Shown: in pieces, positions 1-10,004 of the stretch
Numbering within the stretch: the stretch's first letter is position 1
Layout: each line of letters opens with the position of its first letter
IMG/VR virus record: IMGVR_UViG_3300028864_000016
Location: 124,001 to 188,000 of that record
DNA length: 64,000 nucleotides
Reading direction: 5' to 3' (one strand)
Made by a program: the position numbers and the translations under genes
Notes under the pieces: model-generated
The model's database searches: none
What the model saw: only the letters and a program-made list of their open reading frames with translations
Told to the model about the DNA's origin: nothing

Positions 1-174
1 TCTTTTTGAGTAATTGATTTTAAATTTGTAATATTCATATTCATTCTCTCCTTTAATATTTTTATATTATTTTAATTTATTGCATCATTTTAAAAGTATG
101 ATTTTAACTGAGTATTGGGAAATCGAGGCTAGTGATAGCCTCATTCTTAAATCTAGTTTTTTGGTATTTTCTGA

Positions 175-684
175 TTATTTTGTTCCAGAACTTCCAAATC
201 CCTTTTCATTTCTTTCACTTTCATCTAGTTCATCTACAACAATTACTTCATCAGTTGATATATAACCTATAACCATTTGTGCTAACTTTGTTTTAGCAGG
301 GATGTCAACTTCATAATCTTCTTGATTATAGACTATGATTCCTATATCTCCTCTATAATTGGAATCTAAAGTTCCTAATTGTACTCTTAAATATGGTGAG
401 CATTCTGTATAAGTAGGTGGCATTTCAGTAGGAGGATACATAGTACCAAAACATCCACTACATCCTTTTAATGTAATCCCACTTCTAGGTCTTATAGTTG
501 CTTCTTGATTAGTTTCTAATTGTACTGATATTCCTGTAGGTATTACAATTGTTTGATTGGGTTGTATTGTCGCTTCATTTAAGGTAAATAAATCAAAACC
601 AGCATCGCCTACTTTACCTTTGCATGGAATTATTGCATTTTCATTTAATTTTTTAAATTTTATCATTATATATCTCTCCTTCAA
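175..684 (-). CDS. dut: Trimeric dUTPase with an insertion between motifs II and III
   Basis: Motifs GDAGFDL, IRPRSG, GTLDSNYRG, KLAQMV, RNEKGFGSSG. Confidence 0.95.
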   Translation of the reverse strand: MKERYIMIKFKKLNENAIIPCKGKVGDAGFDLFTLNEATIQPNQTIVIPTGISVQLETNQEATIRPRSGITLKGCSGCFGTMYPPTEMPPTYTECSPYLRVQLGTLDSNYRGDIGIIVYNQEDYEVDIPAKTKLAQMVIGYISTDEVIVVDELDESERNEKGFGSSGTK

Positions 685-999
685 ATTCTTATTATTTTAT
701 ATTTTTAATTTATTTCGTTTTAGCAACTGCACTTGTGAATAAGTGTGTCGGTCAAGTTGATAATTATCTTAAATCATCTAAAGCATTTTCAATAACGTAT
801 AATTTATCATCAATAGTATTTGATAAGTCTTGTATTTGTTCTATTAATTTTTGTGATTCTTCTAAATCAACATAGTCACCATTTAGAATATTTGACAAGC
901 TATTTATCTTATCATCTAATTCGCTAATTAATTTTGTTCTCATTTTAATATCTCCTTTATAATTTATTTAACAGTTGATAAATTGTAGTATTTAACAAC

Positions 1000-1218
1000 T
1001 TATCTCACATCAAATTCAATCATCATTTCATGTATAATAGCTAATCTATGTGATGTACTTTCCCAATCATCAGTTATACAAAAATGATATTTGATTGCAT
1101 TTAATTGTTCTTTTATTAATTCTTTTTGTTCTTTAGACAAGTTCAAATTTTCTCTAAACTCTTTAATAGAACAACCTTTATATTTACTTTTTAATTCTTT
1201 TAACTCATCTGTATCCAA
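1000..1218 (-). CDS. Hypothetical protein
   Basis: 72-aa ORF with AGGAGG RBS, co-oriented. Confidence 0.6.
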   Translation of the reverse strand: MDTDELKELKSKYKGCSIKEFRENLNLSKEQKELIKEQLNAIKYHFCITDDWESTSHRLAIIHEMMIEFDVR

Positions 1219-1297
1219 TAAACTACCTCCTTTAACTTGGTATAAAATATCTGTTTTAATAACTCTGTAAGTGTCTTATATCCTTATTCTTAAATTA

Positions 1298-1939
1298 CTA
1301 TTTCTTGATATAATATAGCAATAATCCACCTAATACATTAGATATTGTTACTATCACTAATGATATAATTACATTTATAATATTTAAATTCATTCCACTA
1401 CAAAATCCTAAAGTATAATAAGTCATATCTGCAATACTGTGATTAAATCCACATATTACAAACACAGTGATAAAGAATCCACTTATTAAATGATTACTAT
1501 ACATTTTGTAATTAGCTACTGCACAACATACAAGAAAATTACATACAATACCACCAATGATTAATTGTATTGGATTAAGTGCTAATTTAGTATTTACTAT
1601 TTGTTCTACATTTGGATGTAATACTTGAAATAATGCTATAGTCGTTATTACTGATCCTATTAAATTTCCAATCCAAGTTTTAGTTAATGTTTTAATATAT
1701 TCTTTAATTGATATATTACTTTTTGAAAAATATTGTTGTGTATATGTATCTGTTTTTAAACTTAATACTTGTCCAGTAAATAAATCGAATCCAAAAATCA
1801 TAACTAAACTTAAACCTAAATAGAACATAATACTTGCTATAAATGGACTATTTGTCTTTTGTAATGTTATTAAGTAAGCAAATGTACCTAATGATATAGA
1901 AACACCTGCCATTATAGAATTTTTATACTTACTTATCAT
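1298..1939 (-). CDS. Formate/nitrite transporter (FNT, FocA-like) family channel
   Basis: Six hydrophobic segments; DLFTG, WIGNLIG, GIVCNFLVC, GFNHSIADM (conserved His), NVLGG FNT signatures. Confidence 0.9.
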   Translation of the reverse strand: MISKYKNSIMAGVSISLGTFAYLITLQKTNSPFIASIMFYLGLSLVMIFGFDLFTGQVLSLKTDTYTQQYFSKSNISIKEYIKTLTKTWIGNLIGSVITTIALFQVLHPNVEQIVNTKLALNPIQLIIGGIVCNFLVCCAVANYKMYSNHLISGFFITVFVICGFNHSIADMTYYTLGFCSGMNLNIINVIISLVIVTISNVLGGLLLYYIKK

Positions 1940-2426
1940 ATATAACTACTTCACCTTTCTTTAATGATTTTTGAACATCAATTATTCTTTGATTATAACT
2001 ACCTCGATATTTTAATTTTAAATCTTTTTGTTCTAACTCAAATTGACCATCTACTAGAACATCTATATATTTTAATATTTCTAATTTATCATCTTTAATT
2101 ATCAGATTCTCAAATAAACATCCTGTCCATGTCCAAATAGTAACAGTTGTTTCCGATTTAATTCTTTTTACTAAATTTAATATCACTCTACTATCTTGAT
2201 GCATGATTTCTCCACCTAATAAATTAGCATGCTTAATTTGTTTATGTTGTAAGTATCCTATAAACTTGTCTTCTATTTGTTTAGTCCAATCATACCCATA
2301 ATTAAAATCTTGAGCAATTTCATTAAAACAACCATTGCACTTAAAATTACAACCTGAAACAAATAACGTACTTCCTATTTGAGGAGAATTAGCAACATCA
2401 AATTTTTTTATCTCTGCATATTTCAA
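1929..2426 (-). CDS. nrdG: Anaerobic RNR activase (radical SAM)
   Basis: SGCNFKCNGC CxxxCxxC motif, LLGGE, DVLVDG, YRGSYNQR; adjacent to nrdD. Confidence 0.95.
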   Translation of the reverse strand: MKYAEIKKFDVANSPQIGSTLFVSGCNFKCNGCFNEIAQDFNYGYDWTKQIEDKFIGYLQHKQIKHANLLGGEIMHQDSRVILNLVKRIKSETTVTIWTWTGCLFENLIIKDDKLEILKYIDVLVDGQFELEQKDLKLKYRGSYNQRIIDVQKSLKKGEVVIYDK

Positions 2427-2445
2427 AATCTAAACCTCCTTTGAA

Positions 2446-2463
2446 GGGAGAAATACATCTCCC
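2446..2463 (-). terminator. GC-rich hairpin between nrdD and nrdG (weak terminator or mRNA stabiliser)
   Basis: GGGAGA-6nt-TCTCCC inverted repeat, poor U-tract. Confidence 0.4.
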
Positions 2464-2468
2464 CAATA

Positions 2469-4598
2469 TTATAGATGAATAACTCTTTCTTTAATTTCTT
2501 GTGTACGTCCTTTTGACCATAAGTTAGTACCTATATATCCACACGTTCTTCGCATTACTTGAAGTTCTGTTTCATCATCATTACCACAATTAGGACAATA
2601 CCATTTAAAGTTTTCATCATTTTTCATTTCACCTTTATATCCACATTTATAGCAAACATCTGGTTTGGTATTTATTTCAGCGTATTGAACATTATGATAC
2701 ATGAAATTAATTATTTGCTCAATTGCTTCTATATTTTTTGTCATATCTGGAACTTCTATATAGCTTATACATCCTCCAGAACTTATTGCATGAAACTGAG
2801 ATTCAAATTTTAACTTAGCAAATGCGTCTATTTCTTCTTTTACATTTACATGATAACTATTTGTATAATATAATTTATCAGTTATATTATTAATCTCTCC
2901 AAACTTTTGTTTATCTAACCTGCAAAATCTATAAACTGTATTTTCCGCTGGACTTCCATACAATCCAAAACCTATTCCAGTTTCTTTCTTCCAATCGTCA
3001 CATGCCTTTCTCATTCTTAGCATAATTTCTCTTGCTAGTTTTTCACCTTCTTCAGTAGTATGACTTACTCCTAGCATTGCATAAACCATTTCATATAAAC
3101 CTATATATCCTAATGATATAGTTGAATAACCATTATGTAATAACTTGTCTATCTTTTCACCTTTGTCCAATCTTGCTAATGCCCCATGTTGCCATAATAT
3201 AGGTGCTACATCTGATAAAGTTCCTTCTAATAACTCATGTCTAACCATTAATGCTTCCTTACATAATTGTAATCTCTCATCAAATATTCTCCACATTAAA
3301 TCAATATCTTTATGTGCTAATATTCCTATCCTTGATAAATTTAATGAAATAACGCCTTGATTAAATCTGCCATACCATTTGTAATTGCCATTTTCATCTT
3401 TCCATGGACTTAAATGCGATCTACAACCCATTGGTGGGAATGTATTTCCTTCATAATTTTGTCTTAATATTTTAGCTGATTGATAATCTGGAACTAATCT
3501 TTTAGCGTTACATTTTGCACAAAGCTTAGTTATATAATCATATTTACCACCTTCTAGACAATTATGAGTATCAAGTAAATAAACTAATTTAGGAAAAGCT
3601 TCACCTATTTCTTGCCCTTTATAGTTTTTCATACCTTCTAATCTTTGTTTAATCATTTCTTCACAAATCATAGCTTGTTCTTCTTCAAATTCAGAGCCTT
3701 CTTCAATTTCTAGATATATTGTAGCAAAAGGCGATTGCCCATTAGTTCCTGAGATTGTAGATAGTTGATATCTAATTGTTTGAACTCCACTTTTTAGTTC
3801 TTTTAATTTTATATCTTTTGCTAATATAATAGCAGTTTCTTCATTGAAATTCATATTTTTATAATGTTCCAATGCTTTATCATAAGCAACTCTTAAATAA
3901 GGGGCTAAATGTCTAATGGTTATGCTTTGCCCTCCATATTGACTGCTGGATACTTGTGCCATAATTTGAGTTGCTACAGTACATGCAGTTTCAAAAGATT
4001 TAGGGGTTTCAACTAATTTTTCATTGATAACTGTTCCATTAGTAAACATATCTTCTAAATTAATTAGGTCACAATTATGCATAGATTGCAATGTATAGTC
4101 CATATCATGCCAATGAATATCTCCACTTACATGAGCTTGAACTATTCTAGTTGGAATAAGTTTTCTTTTAGATAGATCCTTAGATACTTCTCCAGCTATT
4201 AAATCTCTTTGCGTTGAAACAACATATCCATTTTTATTTGAATTTTCTCTCATGACATCTTCATTTGTTGTATCTAATAATTTCAAAATACTTTCATCCG
4301 TTGTATTTATTTCTCTTTTGTATTCTTGTATAACTCTATATCCTTCATAAGATTTAGCAGTTTGAACATGTCCTAATTTAATTAATGTGTCATAAATATA
4401 ATCTTCAATCATATGTACTGTTGGAATTTTATCATCCATAGAAAATACTTTTTTACATTCATATGCTATTTTATCTGCAATAGATTCTTCTACTATTCCA
4501 CTGCCATATTTCATTGCTTTCAAAATAGCATTTCTAATCCTTTGTGTATCAAAGTCTACCTTTGTTCCGTCACGCTTTATAATTTGCATTAAATCCAC
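2469..4598 (-). CDS. nrdD: Class III anaerobic ribonucleotide reductase with N-terminal ATP cone
   Basis: IIKRDG ATP cone, HWHD, HNC, MGCRS, CxxC..CxxC Zn site, RRTCGYIG glycyl-radical loop. Confidence 0.97.
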   Translation of the reverse strand: MDLMQIIKRDGTKVDFDTQRIRNAILKAMKYGSGIVEESIADKIAYECKKVFSMDDKIPTVHMIEDYIYDTLIKLGHVQTAKSYEGYRVIQEYKREINTTDESILKLLDTTNEDVMRENSNKNGYVVSTQRDLIAGEVSKDLSKRKLIPTRIVQAHVSGDIHWHDMDYTLQSMHNCDLINLEDMFTNGTVINEKLVETPKSFETACTVATQIMAQVSSSQYGGQSITIRHLAPYLRVAYDKALEHYKNMNFNEETAIILAKDIKLKELKSGVQTIRYQLSTISGTNGQSPFATIYLEIEEGSEFEEEQAMICEEMIKQRLEGMKNYKGQEIGEAFPKLVYLLDTHNCLEGGKYDYITKLCAKCNAKRLVPDYQSAKILRQNYEGNTFPPMGCRSHLSPWKDENGNYKWYGRFNQGVISLNLSRIGILAHKDIDLMWRIFDERLQLCKEALMVRHELLEGTLSDVAPILWQHGALARLDKGEKIDKLLHNGYSTISLGYIGLYEMVYAMLGVSHTTEEGEKLAREIMLRMRKACDDWKKETGIGFGLYGSPAENTVYRFCRLDKQKFGEINNITDKLYYTNSYHVNVKEEIDAFAKLKFESQFHAISSGGCISYIEVPDMTKNIEAIEQIINFMYHNVQYAEINTKPDVCYKCGYKGEMKNDENFKWYCPNCGNDDETELQVMRRTCGYIGTNLWSKGRTQEIKERVIHL

Positions 4599-4651
4599 TC
4601 TCTTTCACTTTATATATTTTGTTATATATACTATTTTCATAGTTATAATCT

Positions 4652-4843
4652 TTAAGTAAATAACCAAATTGCATTTTTACATTTATCACAAACAATACCT
4701 ACAACATCATGTTGTTCCCAAAACTCAAACCCTTCTATAGTTACATATTGTCCCTCATCATCAGTAATTCTAGTAGATTGCCCTGTTTCTTTATCTGTAG
4801 TGTTAAATTCTTCTTCATTTCCACAATCACATATTAATTTCAT
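4652..4843 (-). CDS. Small Cys-rich hypothetical protein
   Basis: CDCG and CDKC pairs. Confidence 0.55.
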   Translation of the reverse strand: MKLICDCGNEEEFNTTDKETGQSTRITDDEGQYVTIEGFEFWEQHDVVGIVCDKCKNAIWLFT

Positions 4844-5178
4844 TACAGCATCTCCATTTCTCTAATTTCATAACGATGTAATATATCCCACTCAATATTA
4901 ACCCAAATATCAAATTGCCATGCTTCATCATGTTTATATTTTTCGAAGTTTCTTACTCTGCATTTATCTATAGAAAATCTATTATCATGTTTATTGCATT
5001 CTATTAAATCATCAATACATAGTTGTTTACACTTATCTAAATCTGAACTTACTGCAAAAGTTTCAAATCCTCCACAATCTTCACACCCAGTATCTCTTTG
5101 ACATAAATACACTTTCATTTCAATCTCTCCTTTCTTACTCATTAAATATATTTTGTCATTTCCCAATAAAATCAGCAT
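4843..5178 (-). CDS. Hypothetical protein (true start probably the later MKVY Met)
   Basis: ORF; AAAGGAG RBS precedes the internal ATG. Confidence 0.55.
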   Translation of the reverse strand: MLILLGNDKIYLMSKKGEIEMKVYLCQRDTGCEDCGGFETFAVSSDLDKCKQLCIDDLIECNKHDNRFSIDKCRVRNFEKYKHDEAWQFDIWVNIEWDILHRYEIREMEML

Positions 5179-5244
5179 TTTACGACATTATTCAACCTCT
5201 GTAAGCTAGTAATAGCCCCATTATTGAAAATCAATTTTTTAATT

Positions 5245-5637
5245 TTATAGTAAAATCCATTCTTTGCTATCAATCATAGGTAAAGATAAACATGTGATAT
5301 TAGGCTCACTATATAAATCAAAATATAATTCTTCACCTTCAACCCAATATGTACAATCTTTAAGTTTAGCTTTGTTGCCTTTACTCATATGCTCACGTGC
5401 AGTTACCCAATCAACATATAAGTCATCGTTTTTTAGTTCAATACAATAATTATAAACATCTTGAAGCCATTGTATTAATTGTGGTAAATTATTAAATGTT
5501 ATAGATTCTCTTATAAAAACATTGGGATCAGCTATGTATACTATTGGCTGATTTATTTTTATTACATCTAAAAGTCTTTCTATTCCACAATCTAATTCAA
5601 TACCTTGTATTGGTGAATTTTCAGAAATATTATTCAC
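5245..5637 (-). CDS. Hypothetical protein
   Basis: 130-aa co-oriented ORF with GGAG RBS. Confidence 0.6.
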   Translation of the reverse strand: MNNISENSPIQGIELDCGIERLLDVIKINQPIVYIADPNVFIRESITFNNLPQLIQWLQDVYNYCIELKNDDLYVDWVTAREHMSKGNKAKLKDCTYWVEGEELYFDLYSEPNITCLSLPMIDSKEWILL

Positions 5638-5660
5638 TTTAATGCACTCCTTTATATTTT

Positions 5661-5698
5661 ATTAATTTATTTAAGTCTACATAAATCTATTCTTTTAA
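5661..5698 (-). repeat. Copy of the ~38-bp dispersed intergenic element
   Basis: attaatttatttaagtctacataaatctattcttttaa; 33/38 identical to the copy at 29693-29730. Confidence 0.8.
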
Positions 5699-5941
5699 AT
5701 TATAATTCACTTAAATTATACATTGGAACTAAAACTTCTTTATTATTTATGTATACGTACATTGCTTGATATCCTTCTCTAGAAACTCTAACTACTTGAC
5801 CAGATGGGTTGTGCCTAACGAATTGTGTTTGTCCATTTATCATAACTTATTCACTCCCTTTCTATATTGTTATTTTATACCAAATAATTTCAAAAGTCAA
5901 TTCTTATTTTTATTAATTTATTTAATTTTATATTGTTTCTT

Positions 5942-7456
5942 TTATATGACATTTTTTAAATTTTCATTATGCAATCCTTTTAATTTATTTGCTATATCAT
6001 ATTTTATATATTCTTCTGGGGTTAAGTATTCTATGTATTTGAAATGATGTCCTTTATGATAATTTCTTTCTTCTCGACAAACTCTAGATATTCCCCCATT
6101 ATTCATTATCACTCCAAAATCTTTTAAGCTTTTATTTGCACATTCAGTAGCAGATATGTATACTTGTTTTGTTTCCAAACAAATTACAGCTTTTGAATTG
6201 ATTAATTTATTGATTTCTGTAGCTTTTTTATATTTGTTAATATTAGCTTTTTCAGAGTCATAATTACACCAATTAAGCCTGTTACCCATTTTTAAGTATT
6301 TTTGTGCAGTAGAACCACTAATATTCATAGTTTTTCCTAAATCTGTAGCGAATTCAAAATTATATGTATTCCATATGTCGCAAGCTTCTTTAACTCTGTT
6401 AGAACAAGCAAATTCGTGGCATTTTAACCAATCAATAGCATTTAAATTTATTTGACTAGCTAAATTACTTTTTAATATATTATTTTTTATCCAATCTAAA
6501 TTACTTAATCTACAGTCTATAATAATATAGTTTTCTTCCTTGATATCATTTTGCAAAGCTAATTCTTTCTTAAATCTATCATTTTCTTGTTCATCTTCTA
6601 ACGTTCTACCGTTTTTCATTGTATAAAAAGATTTTTCATAATGTTGCTCTCCATTTGCTTCTATGATATATTTCTCATTATTATATTTAAAATAAAAATC
6701 ATATCTTTTAGAGTTTGACCATTTTGCCTTATATTCTGGTTTAAAAGTAAGATTTAATTGTTGCAATAAACTAAAAATAAATTTATTTGGATATGATAAT
6801 CCATCATTGCAACACCCTAATTTTTTACTATAAAAATGGTCTATTTTTCTTAATTTTTCACATCCACAATATATACATTTAAATAATATTTTTGAATGTG
6901 ACTGTGATTTGTATTTATATGCGTCTTCTTTATTAGACAACCATTGAATCATCCAAGGATCTGTTGTTGCAATATCATTTATACCTTTCATTATTGCACT
7001 ATGACCAAAACAGACAGCACAATTTTGTCCAGCTTTAAAATTACTTTCAAGCCTAATGCCAATATAGCCACATATAGGACATTTATATTCATAGGCTCTT
7101 ACATTTGTACCATTGCTAAGTTTTTGTCTTGTACACTTTATAATTTTAACTCCATTAACAGTCTCATTTAGCTTATAAAAATATTCATTAGTTCTTAATT
7201 TTAAAATATGAGAAAGTCCACATTTCTGAAAATCACCAGTTCTTATGAAATATTTTTCATCATTATAATATAGTTCTAATTGTTGTTTTTTAGAATTATA
7301 ATCAAATATAGTTATATATCCCTCTATATCATCATAAATGAATTTAACTTTATACCCTTTAGAATTCTTCCAATCTGTTACTTGCTTTTTTGAATTTGCT
7401 CCAATTCCTTGTTTGCATGGCAATTCTTCTAAAAATACTTTCCTAATAGTTATCAC
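5942..7456 (-). CDS. Free-standing homing-type endonuclease: zinc ribbons, PD-(D/E)xK/Vsr-like nuclease, NUMOD1-like C-terminus
   Basis: CPICG/CAVC/CIYCG zinc ribbons; RYDFY..IEANGEQHY..DRFKK nuclease; VICLETKQVYISATEC..ISRVCR tail. Confidence 0.7.
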   Translation of the reverse strand: MITIRKVFLEELPCKQGIGANSKKQVTDWKNSKGYKVKFIYDDIEGYITIFDYNSKKQQLELYYNDEKYFIRTGDFQKCGLSHILKLRTNEYFYKLNETVNGVKIIKCTRQKLSNGTNVRAYEYKCPICGYIGIRLESNFKAGQNCAVCFGHSAIMKGINDIATTDPWMIQWLSNKEDAYKYKSQSHSKILFKCIYCGCEKLRKIDHFYSKKLGCCNDGLSYPNKFIFSLLQQLNLTFKPEYKAKWSNSKRYDFYFKYNNEKYIIEANGEQHYEKSFYTMKNGRTLEDEQENDRFKKELALQNDIKEENYIIIDCRLSNLDWIKNNILKSNLASQINLNAIDWLKCHEFACSNRVKEACDIWNTYNFEFATDLGKTMNISGSTAQKYLKMGNRLNWCNYDSEKANINKYKKATEINKLINSKAVICLETKQVYISATECANKSLKDFGVIMNNGGISRVCREERNYHKGHHFKYIEYLTPEEYIKYDIANKLKGLHNENLKNVI

Positions 7457-8051
7457 TCCTTTTGATTAATAATTTTCCAACAACCTTTCTAACACCTAAT
7501 TTATTTATACGTTTTTCATATTGATAATCTGTCTCATAACTTAATCTTTGAATAAATACATCTACTTTTATGTTTCCATTTGATAATGTTTTTATATAAT
7601 TTGGATTTCCTCTGTCTGTTGCAATATATTCTATCCCGTTAATAATTAATTTGCTTCCAAATGGGATATCTTTTGGAACAGCAACCTGTCCTTCTTTTAC
7701 AGGTATTCCACTAGCAGTAATAAACTTATTGTTTCCACACTCATTATAAGTTGCTCCATAATAAGATATTATAAAAGTTTTCTCTTCCCATTCAGGTTCA
7801 TTTTTCTGTTGTTCTTTTAGTAATATTTTAGCTTTTTCATCTTTCTTTTTACCAAGTTCAATTCTATCTTTTTCAAATTGTTCTTGAATCGGATTAATTC
7901 CTAATCCAAATCTATCTTTATGTACCATTATATCTACATTAGCTTCTTCTTTAATATTATTCGCTAATGGTGTCATAGTGGCTGTTGGTATCGTAAATAG
8001 TAAACTACTTGATAATAATACCATAGACAGACACATTGTCCTATTTCGCAT
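7443..8051 (-). CDS. Secreted 3D-domain cell-wall protein (Sps/YorM-like putative lytic transglycosylase)
   Basis: N-terminal signal-like segment; TASG, VAVPKDIPFGS, ATDRG, VDVF. Confidence 0.85.
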   Translation of the reverse strand: MRNRTMCLSMVLLSSSLLFTIPTATMTPLANNIKEEANVDIMVHKDRFGLGINPIQEQFEKDRIELGKKKDEKAKILLKEQQKNEPEWEEKTFIISYYGATYNECGNNKFITASGIPVKEGQVAVPKDIPFGSKLIINGIEYIATDRGNPNYIKTLSNGNIKVDVFIQRLSYETDYQYEKRINKLGVRKVVGKLLIKRSDNY

Positions 8052-8086
8052 CTAATCAACTCACTTTCTCTTCTATATATGTTTTT

Positions 8087-8983
8087 TTATATACTCATTA
8101 ATTCTGTAAATTCTATAACTTTTCCAGTTTCATTTGCTATTTCAACTATATTGGTAGCAAGTTCTTGAACTGCTGAATTTGTTTGTTCCATGCATGCACT
8201 CATTGAAACACATCCATCATTTATACCTTCTATACGAGATATTCTAAGTACATTGCTTTCTTTTAATTTTTTACTATTTTCTTTCCCCGTTTCAGTTTTT
8301 TCAAGAATAACGTTAGCCATAACTTGTAATTCTTTTATAATTTGACTTATCATTATACTAGAATCTTTAGTTTCTTGTGCGAGTTTTTTAACTTCATTTG
8401 CAACAACTCCAAATCCTTTACCTGCTTCACCTGCTCTTGCAGATTCAATATTGGCATTTAATGATAATAAATTGGTTTGATTAGCTATGTCTTTAATCAC
8501 ATCTGTTATTTTATCAATGTCTTTCATTTTAACATGTAATTCATTTGCATTATTATTGATATCAGCTATAGCATCGTGAAATATTGCCATAACTCCACTA
8601 TTGTCTTTAGCACTTTCATAAGCAAGATTAACTTCTGAAGAAATATTAACTATATTCGCTGTTACTTCTTCTACCGTTGCACTTATTTCCTCCACTGAAC
8701 CTGCTTGACCTGTTATATTATTACTAATTATAGACATCTCTTTTAATAATTTTTCATTTGATTCGGATGTTGACTTCTTATATTCTTCGAATGTTTTATC
8801 TTTTTCAATTAATGTTATATGTAGTTCTTCATTTTGTAATTCCAGTTCTTTGATTTTACTATCTTTCTTTAATTCAAGTTCTTCTAGTTTATCATTCGTT
8901 TCCTTTTCTAAAGTTATTCTTAGTTCATTTAACCCTTTTTCATTTTTAAATAATTTTTTCATCATATTAATACACTCCCTCAT
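8087..8983 (-). CDS. Cytoplasmic methyl-accepting chemotaxis protein (signalling domain only)
   Basis: [37 protein letters not shown] hairpin tip; EEISATVEE and EQTNSAVQE methylation-like helices; no TM segment. Confidence 0.93.
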   Translation of the reverse strand: MRECINMMKKLFKNEKGLNELRITLEKETNDKLEELELKKDSKIKELELQNEELHITLIEKDKTFEEYKKSTSESNEKLLKEMSIISNNITGQAGSVEEISATVEEVTANIVNISSEVNLAYESAKDNSGVMAIFHDAIADINNNANELHVKMKDIDKITDVIKDIANQTNLLSLNANIESARAGEAGKGFGVVANEVKKLAQETKDSSIMISQIIKELQVMANVILEKTETGKENSKKLKESNVLRISRIEGINDGCVSMSACMEQTNSAVQELATNIVEIANETGKVIEFTELMSI

Positions 8984-9100
8984 TAATTTATTACTTGTTG
9001 GCTTTCAATACTTTGTCAACGCTAAATTGTCAGGAACTTGTATTATGTTTAGTTTTATGTCATTAATACTTTTATCACCTCTGTTTATATTAATTTATTA

Positions 9101-9460
9101 TTAATCTTTTATATACCCACAATCACAACCATATTTATATACAGTTTCATATACTTCTCTACCTTGCATTTCTCCTCTTGGCTCGTCCCGCTTATCAATT
9201 ACAATTAATTCATCTCCACATTTGGGACATCTACTTAACTTTTCTGCAAATTCTTCTATTTCTCTTGTTAGTTCAACTATAAATTTTTTGGGATTATTAT
9301 TAACATCGTCTATTAATTCTTTTATCATCTGAATTGTTTCTCCTACTTCATAACAATCTCTATTTATTATTTGTATTAATTCATATTTATCCATAATATC
9401 CACTCCCACTCCTCTCTTATTCATCTTTAATTTCGATTTCTTTATTTCTATCAAACACAT
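9101..9460 (-). CDS. Hypothetical protein with zinc ribbon
   Basis: CPKCG and CDCG. Confidence 0.6.
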   Translation of the reverse strand: MCLIEIKKSKLKMNKRGVGVDIMDKYELIQIINRDCYEVGETIQMIKELIDDVNNNPKKFIVELTREIEEFAEKLSRCPKCGDELIVIDKRDEPRGEMQGREVYETVYKYGCDCGYIKD

Positions 9461-9662
9461 AGTGAGTATGTTCGTTTATTGTTATTTTACTTTGAAAATA
9501 AAATTTATTATTACAATTACCATTCATACATCTAGCTACAAACTCAGTATATTTAGTTCCATCTATTTCTACTAATTTATAATCATCTGTTAATTGATAT
9601 TTAGATTCTTTACATTCAGGGCAATATAATCTATTGTCCTTCAAAATTGCTTTTAATATCAT
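9417..9662 (-). CDS. Small zinc-ribbon hypothetical protein
   Basis: CPEC and CMNGNC. Confidence 0.55.
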   Translation of the reverse strand: MILKAILKDNRLYCPECKESKYQLTDDYKLVEIDGTKYTEFVARCMNGNCNNKFYFQSKITINEHTHYVFDRNKEIEIKDE

Positions 9663-9677
9663 CTTAATCCGCTTCCT

Positions 9678-10004
9678 TTATTCATATTCTTTATATGTAT
9701 TAATAAATAAGGTATTTAAATTATGTATTTCATCTTCATCTATAGATATATTATTATTTATATATCCTAATTTGTTTTTGTCTATTACTTGATAAACTAT
9801 AATACTATTATTATTCACAGCGGTTTCATCATATACTTCATCTGAAATAATAGATTTAAATATTAATTTGTTATTTTGTTTTTCTAATACGCAATATCTT
9901 AATTTACTAGAATTAGTTCCTTTTTCTAATATACAATAGATACTATCTTTTGAAGCGGTTATTTCTTGGATACTCATCTGCTTTCCATGATATATCACAT
10001 GCAT
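9678..10004 (-). CDS. Hypothetical protein
   Basis: 108-aa ORF overlapping the sigma-factor stop. Confidence 0.6.
   Translation of the reverse strand: MHVIYHGKQMSIQEITASKDSIYCILEKGTNSSKLRYCVLEKQNNKLIFKSIISDEVYDETAVNNNSIIVYQVIDKNKLGYINNNISIDEDEIHNLNTLFINTYKEYE

Noticed and set aside
1929-4598. nrdD/nrdG as evidence of host chromosomal DNA
   Set aside because: Flanked by phage hypothetical genes and the phage repeat element; class III RNRs are common in large phages
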